64,000 nucleotides of DNA, taken from a virus (taxonomy: Duplodnaviria; Caudoviricetes). Location: IMG/VR virus record IMGVR_UViG_3300032030_000005, positions 128,001 through 192,000 of that record. One strand, 5' to 3'. Below the pieces are notes generated by a model, which was given only the letters and a program-made list of their open reading frames with translations, did no database searches and was not told the origin of the DNA. Made by a program: the position numbers and the translations under genes. This document shows, in pieces, positions 11,302 through 19,718 of the stretch (position 1 is the first letter of the stretch; each line of letters starts with the position of its first letter).

Positions 11302-12087
11302 ATGACAGAATTCATGAACTTCAAAAATCAGCCAATGGTAATTTACGGTCATATATATAATGACTGTACTGTAACAACAGTTGCAGATAAGTACATACAG
11401 ATTTTAGTTAATGATTTGAATGATAAGTTTATAGATGATAAGATCATCATAAACTCAACAAAGACATTTAACTTACCGATGACTGATTGTGGTCTTAATC
11501 CAGATGCTAAAATAACTATTTTAAATTATTTTAATTTCTGGATGCCATTAAAGGACTTTATGTCTATTAACTCAAAGAAAGAAGAAAAGAAAGCTGCTCC
11601 AAAGGATGATAAGGATAGCTTATTTAAGACAAAAATAATCGATAGCCATATACCGAATAATATTAAGGGAGAAATCCTTGGAGAACTTGAATCACCTATT
11701 ACAACAGGTAAGTTAAGTTTTAGTACTTCAATTGATTTAATTCTTGTAAGATTTGGTGATCCAGATCCGAAGGAAGTTAATATTGTTGGATTTGATAAGG
11801 AGAAAGAATTACTAATTTTCTCTGATAAGAATGAATTCAAGTATTATAGAGTTAGACTTGATGATTTCGTTACAGGAAAGTCAAAATTAACAGAAAAGAA
11901 AAAGGAAAATAAAGAAGAAACAAGAAAAACAACTCCAACATTAAAGCCTAAGAAGGCAACTGAAAAGAACGTTGTAAATGAGAAATTTAATGATGATGAC
12001 GTTCAGGAAAAGTTTGTCGACGAATTAGCCGACATGATAAAGGAAATATTTGGCGATAATAAAAATATCACTATTAGGAGAATATAA
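11302..12087 (+). CDS. Hypothetical protein
   Basis: 261-aa ORF with GGGGGA RBS in operon. Confidence 0.6.
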   Translation: MTEFMNFKNQPMVIYGHIYNDCTVTTVADKYIQILVNDLNDKFIDDKIIINSTKTFNLPMTDCGLNPDAKITILNYFNFWMPLKDFMSINSKKEEKKAAPKDDKDSLFKTKIIDSHIPNNIKGEILGELESPITTGKLSFSTSIDLILVRFGDPDPKEVNIVGFDKEKELLIFSDKNEFKYYRVRLDDFVTGKSKLTEKKKENKEETRKTTPTLKPKKATEKNVVNEKFNDDDVQEKFVDELADMIKEIFGDNKNITIRRI

Positions 12088-12088
12088 T

Positions 12089-12358
12089 ATGGAATATGAT
12101 GCTTCATCATTTCATATTCCAGAGGAAATAAAGAAAATTTTATTCAAAGGTCAATTTAATATAATAGAAGACAAAAATGGCCTTATTAAATTGACTTTTA
12201 AAACAGACTTTGGATATGAAACTGCTCCAATGATAATGACAAAAACAAATCCCATAATTGAAGAGCTTAGAAACTGTTTAGAATTTAGTAAAGCTCTTGA
12301 AGAAAATAAGAAAATAACCGCTGAGTATGAAGATTTATCTTCTACTGAATGGAGGTAA
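12089..12358 (+). CDS. Hypothetical protein
   Basis: AGGAG RBS before ATG (MEYDAS...). Confidence 0.55.
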   Translation: MEYDASSFHIPEEIKKILFKGQFNIIEDKNGLIKLTFKTDFGYETAPMIMTKTNPIIEELRNCLEFSKALEENKKITAEYEDLSSTEWR

Positions 12359-12364
12359 AATAAA

Positions 12365-12868
12365 ATGACTGAAGAATTCTTTAGAATTTCTACTTCAGTC
12401 ATACTTATAATAGTTGTGCTGGTCCTTCTGGCACAACTATTTTTTTCGTATAAGATTGCTAATTTTTTAGTATCTTTTATTGAAAAAGATGATAAAAGTA
12501 TGGCTGAATTAAATTATCAAAAAATTATTGATGATTTAGATAAAATTGTTACTAGAAAATGTTATACAGCTTACAGAAGAGTTTTACAACCATATGTTAG
12601 TAAAGCATTAAAGAATAAACCATTAATTAATGATAAAGTTGTAAATGATATAACGTTACAGATTACAACAGAAATATTAGAAGAAATGTCTGATGATTAT
12701 AAACAGAAATTACTATTAGTATATAAAGAAGATTTACTGGAAGATATTATTCTTGAAATGGTGTATAACACTGTAACTGAAATGTCTTTGACTATTAACA
12801 AAAATTCTATTAAATCAATGAACTTTGTTAAAACTATGAGGCATATGAATAATATAACAGAAGACTAA
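12365..12868 (+). CDS. Membrane-anchored hypothetical protein
   Basis: N-terminal hydrophobic helix VILIIVVLVLLAQLFF; GGAGG RBS. Confidence 0.65.
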   Translation: MTEEFFRISTSVILIIVVLVLLAQLFFSYKIANFLVSFIEKDDKSMAELNYQKIIDDLDKIVTRKCYTAYRRVLQPYVSKALKNKPLINDKVVNDITLQITTEILEEMSDDYKQKLLLVYKEDLLEDIILEMVYNTVTEMSLTINKNSIKSMNFVKTMRHMNNITED

Positions 12869-12872
12869 AAAT

Positions 12873-12904
12873 ATCCCTAAAGGTTAATAACCTTTAGGGA
12901 TTTT
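12873..12904 (+). terminator. CCCT(T/A)AAG-family hairpin terminator
   Basis: ATCCCTAAAGGTT-aat-AACCTTTAGGGAT-TTT. Confidence 0.8.
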
Positions 12905-12946
12905 ATTAAACGTATTGAATATATGTATTAAGTATATATTATAATT

Positions 12947-13138
12947 ATGGATTAAAGTATGCTATCCGGAGAATCAATGTAAATCTTTTCACCTCATCAT
13001 GCATTGATATAGATATTTTAATCTAAAAATCGAACAGAATAATAACCAAAAACACACTACTTTAAAAAGGAGATAATGGCTACGGACCATTCGAAAAAAT
13101 AATGTTTCTTCAAATAAGGCCATTATCTCTTTTTTTTT
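12947..13138 (+). ncRNA. Candidate small RNA with an anti-Shine-Dalgarno-like loop
   Basis: Early motif at 12933; long G-U-containing stem 12949-13024 with loop AAUCUUUUCACCUCAUCA; closing stem AAAAGGAGAUAAUGGC/GCCAUUAUCUCUUUU plus U tract. Confidence 0.5.
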
Positions 13139-13895
13139 ATGCTGCAGGAATATCTTCAGTATCTAATTTAACTTTCTCTAAGAAATCTACATCTCCCATA
13201 TCGAGATATACTTTCTTAATTCTAAGCTTATCTAAATCTAATTCAGTATCACCATCAAGAATTTCATTAGTCTTGTTATTAATTAAATTAAGCACTTCCT
13301 TATAATTACCATATTCTTTAGCATTATATTCATCTATAAAATCATGATAATTACCAAATACATATTTATTAGTTAATGGTATAAATAATTCACCAGCATG
13401 GTATAATTCATGAGGAGTTACTGATAAAGGAACTAAGCCAACTTTTCCTTCATAATGAAGTCTTAATACTTCCTTAGAAATAGAAAATGGATTTAAACAT
13501 CTATCAAACAGCTTTTGATTAGATGGATCTTCCATTTGATTCTTCATTCTATTTTGAATAACTATTGAAGTTATATCAAATATAGTAAAAGGATAATGAT
13601 GCATTTCAAATGAAATCTTACAATTATCAGATATGTCTATATTTTTAAAAAAAGCACATTTTGTTAAATCAAATTCAGTTTTTAAAATCTTTATATATTT
13701 TCTATATTCATAACTAGAACGAATCATCTTTACAATCTGTTTTGTATAATCCGAAAGAGATTTTTCATCTTCGAATATATCCATATATAATTCTCTAAAA
13801 TCTGTATAATTGTGAGCATCTACTGAAAGTACTATATGACCATCATCTTCTACTGTATTATTTTTTAAAGTTTCTGATAAATTTGGTACTAACAT
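13137..13895 (-). CDS. Hypothetical protein with an HNH-like Cys/His arrangement
   Basis: CAFF...EMHHYPF...GLVPLSVTPHELYH; late-type motif at 13921-13932. Confidence 0.55.
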   Translation of the reverse strand: MLVPNLSETLKNNTVEDDGHIVLSVDAHNYTDFRELYMDIFEDEKSLSDYTKQIVKMIRSSYEYRKYIKILKTEFDLTKCAFFKNIDISDNCKISFEMHHYPFTIFDITSIVIQNRMKNQMEDPSNQKLFDRCLNPFSISKEVLRLHYEGKVGLVPLSVTPHELYHAGELFIPLTNKYVFGNYHDFIDEYNAKEYGNYKEVLNLINNKTNEILDGDTELDLDKLRIKKVYLDMGDVDFLEKVKLDTEDIPAA

Positions 13896-13920
13896 AGTAT
13901 CACCTTCTTAATAATTAATA

Positions 13921-13949
13921 TAATGTAAAGTTTAAAAAACTAATTATTA
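13921..13949. promoter_or_regulatory. Back-to-back late-type promoters AAC[ATG]-N6-TA (representative)
   Basis: - copy 13921-13932 and + copy 13938-13949; other copies upstream of genes at - 15090, 17250, 22021, 29208, 32712, 35307, 57250 and + 39476, 43621, 57238, 59751, 62833, 63864; matches the AR9 late consensus AACA-N6-TA. Confidence 0.6.
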
Positions 13950-13984
13950 TATTTTTACACTATAATAGAAAGAAGGACATTGAT

Positions 13985-14452
13985 ATGAATTATGAAGAAT
14001 TATTTTTAGAAGGTTATTATGATGCTTTAAATGAAATAGAAGAAGATTCTTATGATGAATATGAAGCTTATAATGAAGAAGATTTAGAAGAAGCATATCT
14101 TGAAGGTTATTATGCAGCTTTAAATGAAGCTAATAAATACGAACAATATATGGGTATGACTAAAGGTCAAAAGCAACAAGCAAGATATGATAGAAATAGA
14201 GCTGAAGATACAACAAAATATATAACCTTAAAAAATGGAAAAAAAGGTGCTATTGGAAGGGCTTCAAACTTTATGTATCATAATATGAACGGTAGAAAAG
14301 TTGGTTCAGATTATGGTTCAAATTCATACACTGTAATGCAAAAAGGATTTAATAACGCACCTGAAAATAGAGAAAAGAATATAAGTTCAGTTTCTTCTAG
14401 AAATTTAAGAAGAGGTAGTGCATCTAATAGTTGGCATAATATTGATAAATAA
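13985..14452 (+). CDS. Acidic-leader / basic-cargo protein A (candidate internal head protein)
   Basis: Acidic leader with two LEGYYxALNE units followed by a K/R/N/G-rich domain. Confidence 0.7.
   Translation: MNYEELFLEGYYDALNEIEEDSYDEYEAYNEEDLEEAYLEGYYAALNEANKYEQYMGMTKGQKQQARYDRNRAEDTTKYITLKNGKKGAIGRASNFMYHNMNGRKVGSDYGSNSYTVMQKGFNNAPENREKNISSVSSRNLRRGSASNSWHNIDK
13991..14128 (+). repeat. 138-bp perfect inverted repeat, arm 1
   Basis: Reverse complement of 14919-15056; both arms encode the same 46 aa. Confidence 0.9.
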
Positions 14453-14496
14453 AAATATATCCCTTAAGACTAATTAGTCTTAAGGGATATATTTTT
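14451..14496. terminator. Bidirectional CCCTTAAG hairpin terminator
   Basis: AAAAATATATCCCTTAAGACT-aatt-AGTCTTAAGGGATATATTTTT between convergent genes. Confidence 0.85.
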
Positions 14497-14501
14497 ATTT
14501 A

Positions 14502-15071
14502 TTAAAAATCTTTTTTCTTTAAACCATTTTTAGTTTGTACATATTTACCTTTATTGGTATAATATCTATGCTCAGTACCATCACTAGTGGTAAAAGTTGC
14601 TCTACTTGGCTGACCACCATAGTATTTAACTGATGAACCAAGCATATCATGCATTCCTGCAGAATTTGGATTAACTGATTTTCCATCTATTGTAGCACTA
14701 GTTATATATTTACCTTTAGTTGATGGATTTACACCTTTATTATGAATTAATCTTCCTTTAGTCAGTCCTCTATATGATTTACCTTTTTCTTTAGACATTT
14801 TTCCCGGATGCATAAGTGCTTCTATTTTTCTTCCTTCATGAACATTACCAGCTTTCATTTGTTTTCTCCATTCACGAGCTAAAACTTTATTATGTTCTTG
14901 TTTATTATACTGACTTGTTTCATTTAAAGCTGCATAATAACCTTCAAGATATGCTTCTTCTAAATCTTCTTCATTATAAGCTTCATATTCATCATAAGAA
15001 TCTTCTTCTATTTCATTTAAAGCATCATAATAACCTTCTAAAAATAATTCTTCATATGTCATTATAGACAC
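14502..15071 (-). CDS. Acidic-leader / basic-cargo protein B (candidate internal head protein)
   Basis: Same 46-aa leader as 13985..14452; unrelated Lys-rich C-terminal domain. Confidence 0.7.
   Translation of the reverse strand: MSIMTYEELFLEGYYDALNEIEEDSYDEYEAYNEEDLEEAYLEGYYAALNETSQYNKQEHNKVLAREWRKQMKAGNVHEGRKIEALMHPGKMSKEKGKSYRGLTKGRLIHNKGVNPSTKGKYITSATIDGKSVNPNSAGMHDMLGSSVKYYGGQPSRATFTTSDGTEHRYYTNKGKYVQTKNGLKKKDF
14919..15056 (-). repeat. 138-bp perfect inverted repeat, arm 2
   Basis: Reverse complement of 13991-14128. Confidence 0.9.
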
Positions 15072-15163
15072 ATCCTTTCTTTAAATTAATAATTTATAGT
15101 TTTATAATTCGTATCAAAATAAAATTATATATATATATTATAATTGTAGAAAGGAGGAATATT

Positions 15164-15277
15164 ATGATTAAAGATATTCTTAAGGTCTTGGTAAAGACCT
15201 ACTCAGTAGCGTTGGCTGTTACAGGTATAGCGCTTCTGATATTAAATGTCATATCCTCACAAAAAGAAAAAAACTAA
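15164..15277 (+). CDS. 37-aa single-TM micropeptide MIKDILKVLVKTYSVALAVTGIALLILNVISSQKEKN
   Basis: AAGGAGG RBS, early motif at 15132, hydrophobic core and charged tail; below the ORF-track cutoff. Confidence 0.7.
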   Translation: MIKDILKVLVKTYSVALAVTGIALLILNVISSQKEKN

Positions 15278-15312
15278 TAATCTGTTAATCACATGAAAGG
15301 AGGTGATATAGT

Positions 15313-15441
15313 ATGACAGATATTATATTAAACTTTTTTAAAGGTTTACTCTACGCACATGAAGTAGGGTTAGCTATTAGTGTTGCCTGTCTTGCATTGA
15401 TAGTGGTTTGCTGTAGACAGAATAACAAAGAAGATAAATAA
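15313..15441 (+). CDS. 42-aa single-TM micropeptide MTDIILNFFKGLLYAHEVGLAISVACLALIVVCCRQNNKEDK
   Basis: AAAGGAGGTGA RBS; followed by hairpin AATGATCGCT-gtga-AGCGATCATT. Confidence 0.7.
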   Translation: MTDIILNFFKGLLYAHEVGLAISVACLALIVVCCRQNNKEDK

Positions 15442-15489
15442 AAAATGATCGCTGTGAAGCGATCATTGTAAGAAAGAAGGTGATTAAAA

Positions 15490-15555
15490 ATGATTAAAAC
15501 AATTATTTTAAGATTTATTTCTGAAATTATTTACAGGTGTAACAACTTTAGATAA
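15490..15555 (+). CDS. 21-aa micropeptide MIKTIILRFISEIIYRCNNFR
   Basis: GAAGGTGA RBS at normal spacing. Confidence 0.45.
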   Translation: MIKTIILRFISEIIYRCNNFR

Positions 15556-15592
15556 TATAATTTCAGATAAGATTCAATAAGGAGGTGATAAA

Positions 15593-15682
15593 ATGTATGA
15601 GTACACAATTGTATTCTTAAAAGCAGTAACAACTGCGATTTATCTTATAGAGCTATTGGGGGTATGCTTTAAAGGTAAATAA
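15593..15682 (+). CDS. 29-aa hydrophobic micropeptide MYEYTIVFLKAVTTAIYLIELLGVCFKGK
   Basis: AAGGAGGTGA RBS; followed by a second GCT-GTGA-AGC hairpin and T tract. Confidence 0.65.
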   Translation: MYEYTIVFLKAVTTAIYLIELLGVCFKGK

Positions 15683-15718
15683 AAAAATAATGATTGCTGT
15701 GAAGCAAGCGTTATTTTT

Positions 15719-16471
15719 TTAGTTTACAACATCATAAAATACTTCAATGTAACTATTATTTAATTTTTTAATTTTAGTTAAATTAAGAATACCTATATCA
15801 CTTAATTTTTTAACATCACTTCCACCTATTAAAGAAGATGTATTTGTACCACCAACTAATATCGGACATATAACAATATTGACTTTGTCTATTAAATGGT
15901 TTCTTAAAAAGATATTATTTAAAGTTGAACCAGTTTGTATTGTAAGTTCTTTGCATCCATACTTATATAATTCTTCAAGCATATTTTTTGGATTAAATTT
16001 TCCATTATATTCTATAATAGTTAAATTATCTTCGTTAGATAAATATGCTGGATGATTTTTATTACTTGTTACTAAATAAAAATGATTGAATACACTACAT
16101 GTATAAGATACACCATGATCTGTTAAATGATTATTATCTATAATAACAAAATTAACTGGACATCTTTCTTTAGCAAATGGCTTTGAATTATAACCGACTT
16201 TTGCCATTACTCTACCACTATTTAAACTCCATAAATCCGTTTCTTGTTCTGCTTCATAGTATTGATGTAATCCTTGTGCTGGGTTACCTGATAATTTAGG
16301 AATATCTTTATCTACATCAAAATTATCAGTAGGACCTGTACTTATTTTTCCATCTAAGCTTTGTAAAAGAAATAATGTTGTAACAGGTCTATTTGACGGA
16401 TTCTGCTGTTCGTTTAATATTTCATACATATATGCATCGAAATAACCTTCTAAAAAAGCTTTATTTAACAT
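15719..16471 (-). CDS. RibD-C / dihydrofolate-reductase-family reductase with an added FLEGYFDA leader
   Basis: RPVTTLFLLQSLDGKIS, IQTGSTLNNIFLRNHLIDKV, PILVGG motifs. Confidence 0.8.
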   Translation of the reverse strand: MLNKAFLEGYFDAYMYEILNEQQNPSNRPVTTLFLLQSLDGKISTGPTDNFDVDKDIPKLSGNPAQGLHQYYEAEQETDLWSLNSGRVMAKVGYNSKPFAKERCPVNFVIIDNNHLTDHGVSYTCSVFNHFYLVTSNKNHPAYLSNEDNLTIIEYNGKFNPKNMLEELYKYGCKELTIQTGSTLNNIFLRNHLIDKVNIVICPILVGGTNTSSLIGGSDVKKLSDIGILNLTKIKKLNNSYIEVFYDVVN

Positions 16472-17217
16472 TATTTCTCCTCCCTCAGATCATTTATTCT
16501 ATCAACTAATTCATCATACTTTTTATCATATATTTTAATATAATGAACTTTCTTATTTTTTATATCATCCTGAACTGCTTCTTCTTTAAGTACTTCTAAC
16601 TGATAATCTCTATCACGATATCCATGACCACTTTGAGTACCTTTAACTTCAATAAGTAAATTAATATCGGCTAAGAAAATATCAGGAATATAAAAATGCT
16701 TCTTTCCTTCATAAGTATAATTATAAATCTGAGGAGCTGGTGCAAATACTTCACAGCTTGGATACTGCATAATCTTATCTAAATACTCTAATAAATCTTT
16801 TTCATATGTTCCTGTATATGTAAACTCTTTTCCATCAGACCATTTGTATTTTCCAGATATTTTTCTATGTTCCAGCATTTGTTTCTGTCTAACTGGATCC
16901 TGTAACTGCGTTAAAGGATCTTTACCTTTAGCCAACATTCTAGCTCTAAATTTAGCCACATAAGCTTCTTTACATTTAGGATTCTTACAAAGTCTATCAT
17001 ATTTTTCAGTTTTTTCATTAAAGAATGTTTCTTTGCCACATTCTGTACATTTCCCTTTATGTGTAGCATTATGATTTCTATAATCAAAATAATAATGTGC
17101 TGCAGATAATCCCAATAATTGATCTTTATGTATATTGTCCATATGATCATATAATGACTGTTTGGATACATATTTTTTATCACATAATGGACATTTAAAT
17201 GATTTAGTATTAATCAT
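16471..17217 (-). CDS. Zinc-finger plus PD-(D/E)XK (TnsA-like) nuclease-domain protein
   Basis: C2H2 CPLC..H...H, CTEC..C...C, and YIPDIF..LLIEVKG. Confidence 0.7.
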   Translation of the reverse strand: MINTKSFKCPLCDKKYVSKQSLYDHMDNIHKDQLLGLSAAHYYFDYRNHNATHKGKCTECGKETFFNEKTEKYDRLCKNPKCKEAYVAKFRARMLAKGKDPLTQLQDPVRQKQMLEHRKISGKYKWSDGKEFTYTGTYEKDLLEYLDKIMQYPSCEVFAPAPQIYNYTYEGKKHFYIPDIFLADINLLIEVKGTQSGHGYRDRDYQLEVLKEEAVQDDIKNKKVHYIKIYDKKYDELVDRINDLREEK

Positions 17218-17325
17218 AATAGTTATTCACTTCCGTTTCTATATTTTAATAATAAATCGTTTAATTAACTTTTTATTTATATATTATCTTTTTGTTTAAT
17301 ATATTTTATTAATGGAGGTATTTTT

Positions 17326-17730
17326 ATGAAATTAGTATTAACAAAAGAAGAATTTAGAAAACTCGAAGACTTTATACATAAAAGAGCTGAATTTGAAGTT
17401 TTCGAGAAATTAGGCCATCCATGCTCAAATAATTGTCCGGGCATGGAAATTTTAAAACACTTGGATGGCGAGAATGATGAATGTATATGTAAATTAATCA
17501 ATGATTGCCACACATATAAAGAATATTGTGAAAAATGTAAAAAATTATATGATATATCGGAAGAAAGCAAACAAAACGTAAATAATATTATTTCTATTGA
17601 AGAAATTGCAATATATGTAAGGAAGGTTATAAATATAGAAAAATCTAAATTAATCATTGATAAAATGGAAAAAGAAAAAACTGCCAATGAAGTTAAAATA
17701 GCAAATTCACATATTATAGAAATAGAATAA
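17326..17730 (+). CDS. Cys-rich hypothetical early protein
   Basis: GGAGG RBS, early motif 17278, hairpin terminator 17735-17779. Confidence 0.65.
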   Translation: MKLVLTKEEFRKLEDFIHKRAEFEVFEKLGHPCSNNCPGMEILKHLDGENDECICKLINDCHTYKEYCEKCKKLYDISEESKQNVNNIISIEEIAIYVRKVINIEKSKLIIDKMEKEKTANEVKIANSHIIEIE

Positions 17731-17777
17731 ATTTAAATGACCTTAAGGAAATATAATCCTTAAGGTCATTTTTTTTT

Positions 17778-17900
17778 TTAATCATGTAATATATTTGGTT
17801 TTGGAAGATCTTTTACCGCATGAATTCCATCACCTATTACAGTAGTTCCATCCGGTAATGATACTAATTCACCATATTCTGGTATTCTATCTTGATCCAT
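17778..17900 (-). CDS. 40-aa protein MDQDRIPEYGELVSLPDGTTVIGDGIHAVKDLPKPNILHD (tail-fibre N-terminal GE..IGDG..DLP motif)
   Basis: Purine-rich RBS; ends at the shared bidirectional terminator; motif typical of Mtd_N/hyaluronidase N-terminal modules. Confidence 0.6.
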   Translation of the reverse strand: MDQDRIPEYGELVSLPDGTTVIGDGIHAVKDLPKPNILHD

Positions 17901-17959
17901 AATTTATACACTTCTTTCTATAGCTGTAATAAACATAATTGTAAAATATATATTATAAT

Positions 17960-18178
17960 TATGAAATATGAGACTTCTATATCCCAGTATAATTAACCAC
18001 AAGGAGGTGATTATAGTGGACTGGGATATAGAATGTGTAGAATAATAAGATAAAAGAATCTTATTACTTACTAAAAAAAAAAAGAAAGGAGGTGGATCGC
18101 CGATGGGCGTTTGTTATATTTTACACCGTAAGGTGATCGAGATCGTGTTATTATTAACCATCCCTTTCTTTTTTTTTT
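17960..18178 (+). ncRNA. Candidate structured RNA or short-ORF mRNA
   Basis: Early motif 17947; 14-bp perfect stem TTCTATATCCCAGT/ACTGGGATATAGAA enclosing ACAAGGAGGT; second long stem A10GAAAGGAGGTGG/CCATCCCTTTCT10. Confidence 0.45.
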
Positions 18179-18222
18179 ATTTTCTCCTAACTATATAGAA
18201 TAGTTAGGAGAAAAATTTATTT

Positions 18223-18378
18223 TTAATAAGTCATACTATAAATAGCTTGTGAACATTCATTTTTAACAGTACGTCTTGTACCACCAGAAACCGTTAATAA
18301 ATAGTTCTTTGTATTAATAATTTCTTCAGCTTCTGCATTAGCTTCCTGAGTATAAACACCTCTTAAAGAAACAGTGTC
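18223..18378 (-). CDS. rpoC: Exon 2 of the second RNAP beta'-N subunit (DTVSLRGVYTQEANAEAEEII...SMTY*)
   Basis: Begins right after the intron omega-G and supplies the last Asp of DFDGD; 51 aa, missed by the ORF track. Confidence 0.9.
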   Translation of the reverse strand, partial: DTVSLRGVYTQEANAEAEEIINTKNYLLTVSGGTRRTVKNECSQAIYSMTY

Positions 18379-19718
18379 CTTGTGTGGACTATATTTTCAC
18401 TTACGTGCCTTCCGTTTGTGGGCTGTTGGATCACCCTTACTCTACTCCCTTCGTGTATGTATTTCAACTTACCTTATTCTCCATATAGAAGTTACATTTA
18501 TTATTTGGTTTCGATAGTCTCTGAACTCATATCCTATCATTATAGGATACTTCGCTGCATCGATTAAGCAAAAATTTAAGTCTTATAACCATACCTAAGT
18601 CTGTTAAACTTCGCCACTATATATATTACTACTATAGTTTGGTAACTTAAATCGTTTAGCTATTCCTGCAATTAGAAAGGTTTAATGACGGCCACACCGT
18701 TTCAAAAAGAATATTTCTTTAATATATCTTTAATAATATCTTCTAAATCATCATATTTTTTATATGATATTCTATATAAATCAATATTATTTTTATTTTT
18801 ACAATATTCATTTTTAATTTTATCTCTTATTTTTTGTTCTTGTAAGTCTTCTTGTGAGTATGGATTTCTTTCATGAAATTCTCCATCATATTCTATTAAA
18901 ATAATTTTTCCAGTATTACTTTCTATTTTAAAATCAAATTTTAAAGGTTGTTTATAAATACAGTCATTAAATATATAATTCTTTTTAAAAGGTATTTGTT
19001 CTTCTTTTAAAATATATGAAATTTTAGTTTCACCTTTAGATTGCCTACAATAAGGGCATCGATATCCTTGTTGAAAATCATTTGGTCTTACTAAATATTC
19101 TTTATTACAATTTTTATGTAATATTTTATGTTTAATTTTATTATTATTTTTATAATTTTCTAGCCATTTATATTCTATACCATCAATTGATTGATTTAAA
19201 AGATTTTCCAAATAATTTTCTTTTATTGCATATTTACCTCTATTTTTATTAGAACAATAAGGACATCTACTTTTTTTAGAATTTAAAAACATATTTGGAG
19301 AAACATTAAAAGTTTTATTACATATATTATGTTTAAGTAAACATTTATCTTTTGTATTTTTAAACCCAGAAATATAACTATACTCATTTTTTGTTTCTTT
19401 ATTCAATCTCTCTATAAATTCTGTTTCAGTAACTTTTTTAGTAGATTTATGAATAATATTTTTACAATTTTGACATCTAGATTTTCCTTCATTTAAAAAT
19501 CCTTTTAATTTACATTTATAAATATTTCCACAATTATGTTTTAAAGTTACTTCAGTTTTAATTCCTTCTGGAAAAATGTTTGTTAAACATTCATACTCAC
19601 CATTCTCAATATTTTTTACTCTATTTAATAATTCTTCGCTTGTATATTTCATAATAAACACCACCTAACTATAAATAATTTGTTAGATGGCGATTCCAAC
19701 ATTTCTTTTTAAATATTG
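18379..19718 (-). mobile_element. Group I intron in RNAP beta' with the homing endonuclease in the P1 loop
   Basis: 5' exon ends GACGGU; IGS GAAACGGUGU-G-GCCGUCA (18686-18703) pairs with both exons, with U-G at the splice site; P7 GACUAU/AUAGUC; terminal G. Confidence 0.9.
18702..19664 (-). CDS. Intron-encoded homing endonuclease (zinc-ribbon repeats plus Vsr/EDxHD-like domain)
   Basis: Repeated H..C...RCPYC units; C-terminal SKGE..FDFKI..IEYDGEFH..RD..KN.YC. Confidence 0.85.
   Translation of the reverse strand: MVFIMKYTSEELLNRVKNIENGEYECLTNIFPEGIKTEVTLKHNCGNIYKCKLKGFLNEGKSRCQNCKNIIHKSTKKVTETEFIERLNKETKNEYSYISGFKNTKDKCLLKHNICNKTFNVSPNMFLNSKKSRCPYCSNKNRGKYAIKENYLENLLNQSIDGIEYKWLENYKNNNKIKHKILHKNCNKEYLVRPNDFQQGYRCPYCRQSKGETKISYILKEEQIPFKKNYIFNDCIYKQPLKFDFKIESNTGKIILIEYDGEFHERNPYSQEDLQEQKIRDKIKNEYCKNKNNIDLYRISYKKYDDLEDIIKDILKKYSF

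Noticed and set aside
13985-15071. Diversity-generating retroelement or recombinase-driven shufflon
   Set aside because: The repeats are identical with no adenine-specific variation, and no reverse transcriptase or site-specific recombinase is in the window
16471-17217. Tn7-like transposon suggested by the TnsA-like domain
   Set aside because: No TnsB/TnsC or terminal repeats nearby
18382-18567. 61-aa plus-strand ORF
   Set aside because: Lies antisense to the group I ribozyme core
19683-19718. C-terminal QYLKRNVGIAI of the 465-aa ORF read as a dead RNAP (DFDGQ)
   Set aside because: Read-through into the intron; splicing restores DFDGD
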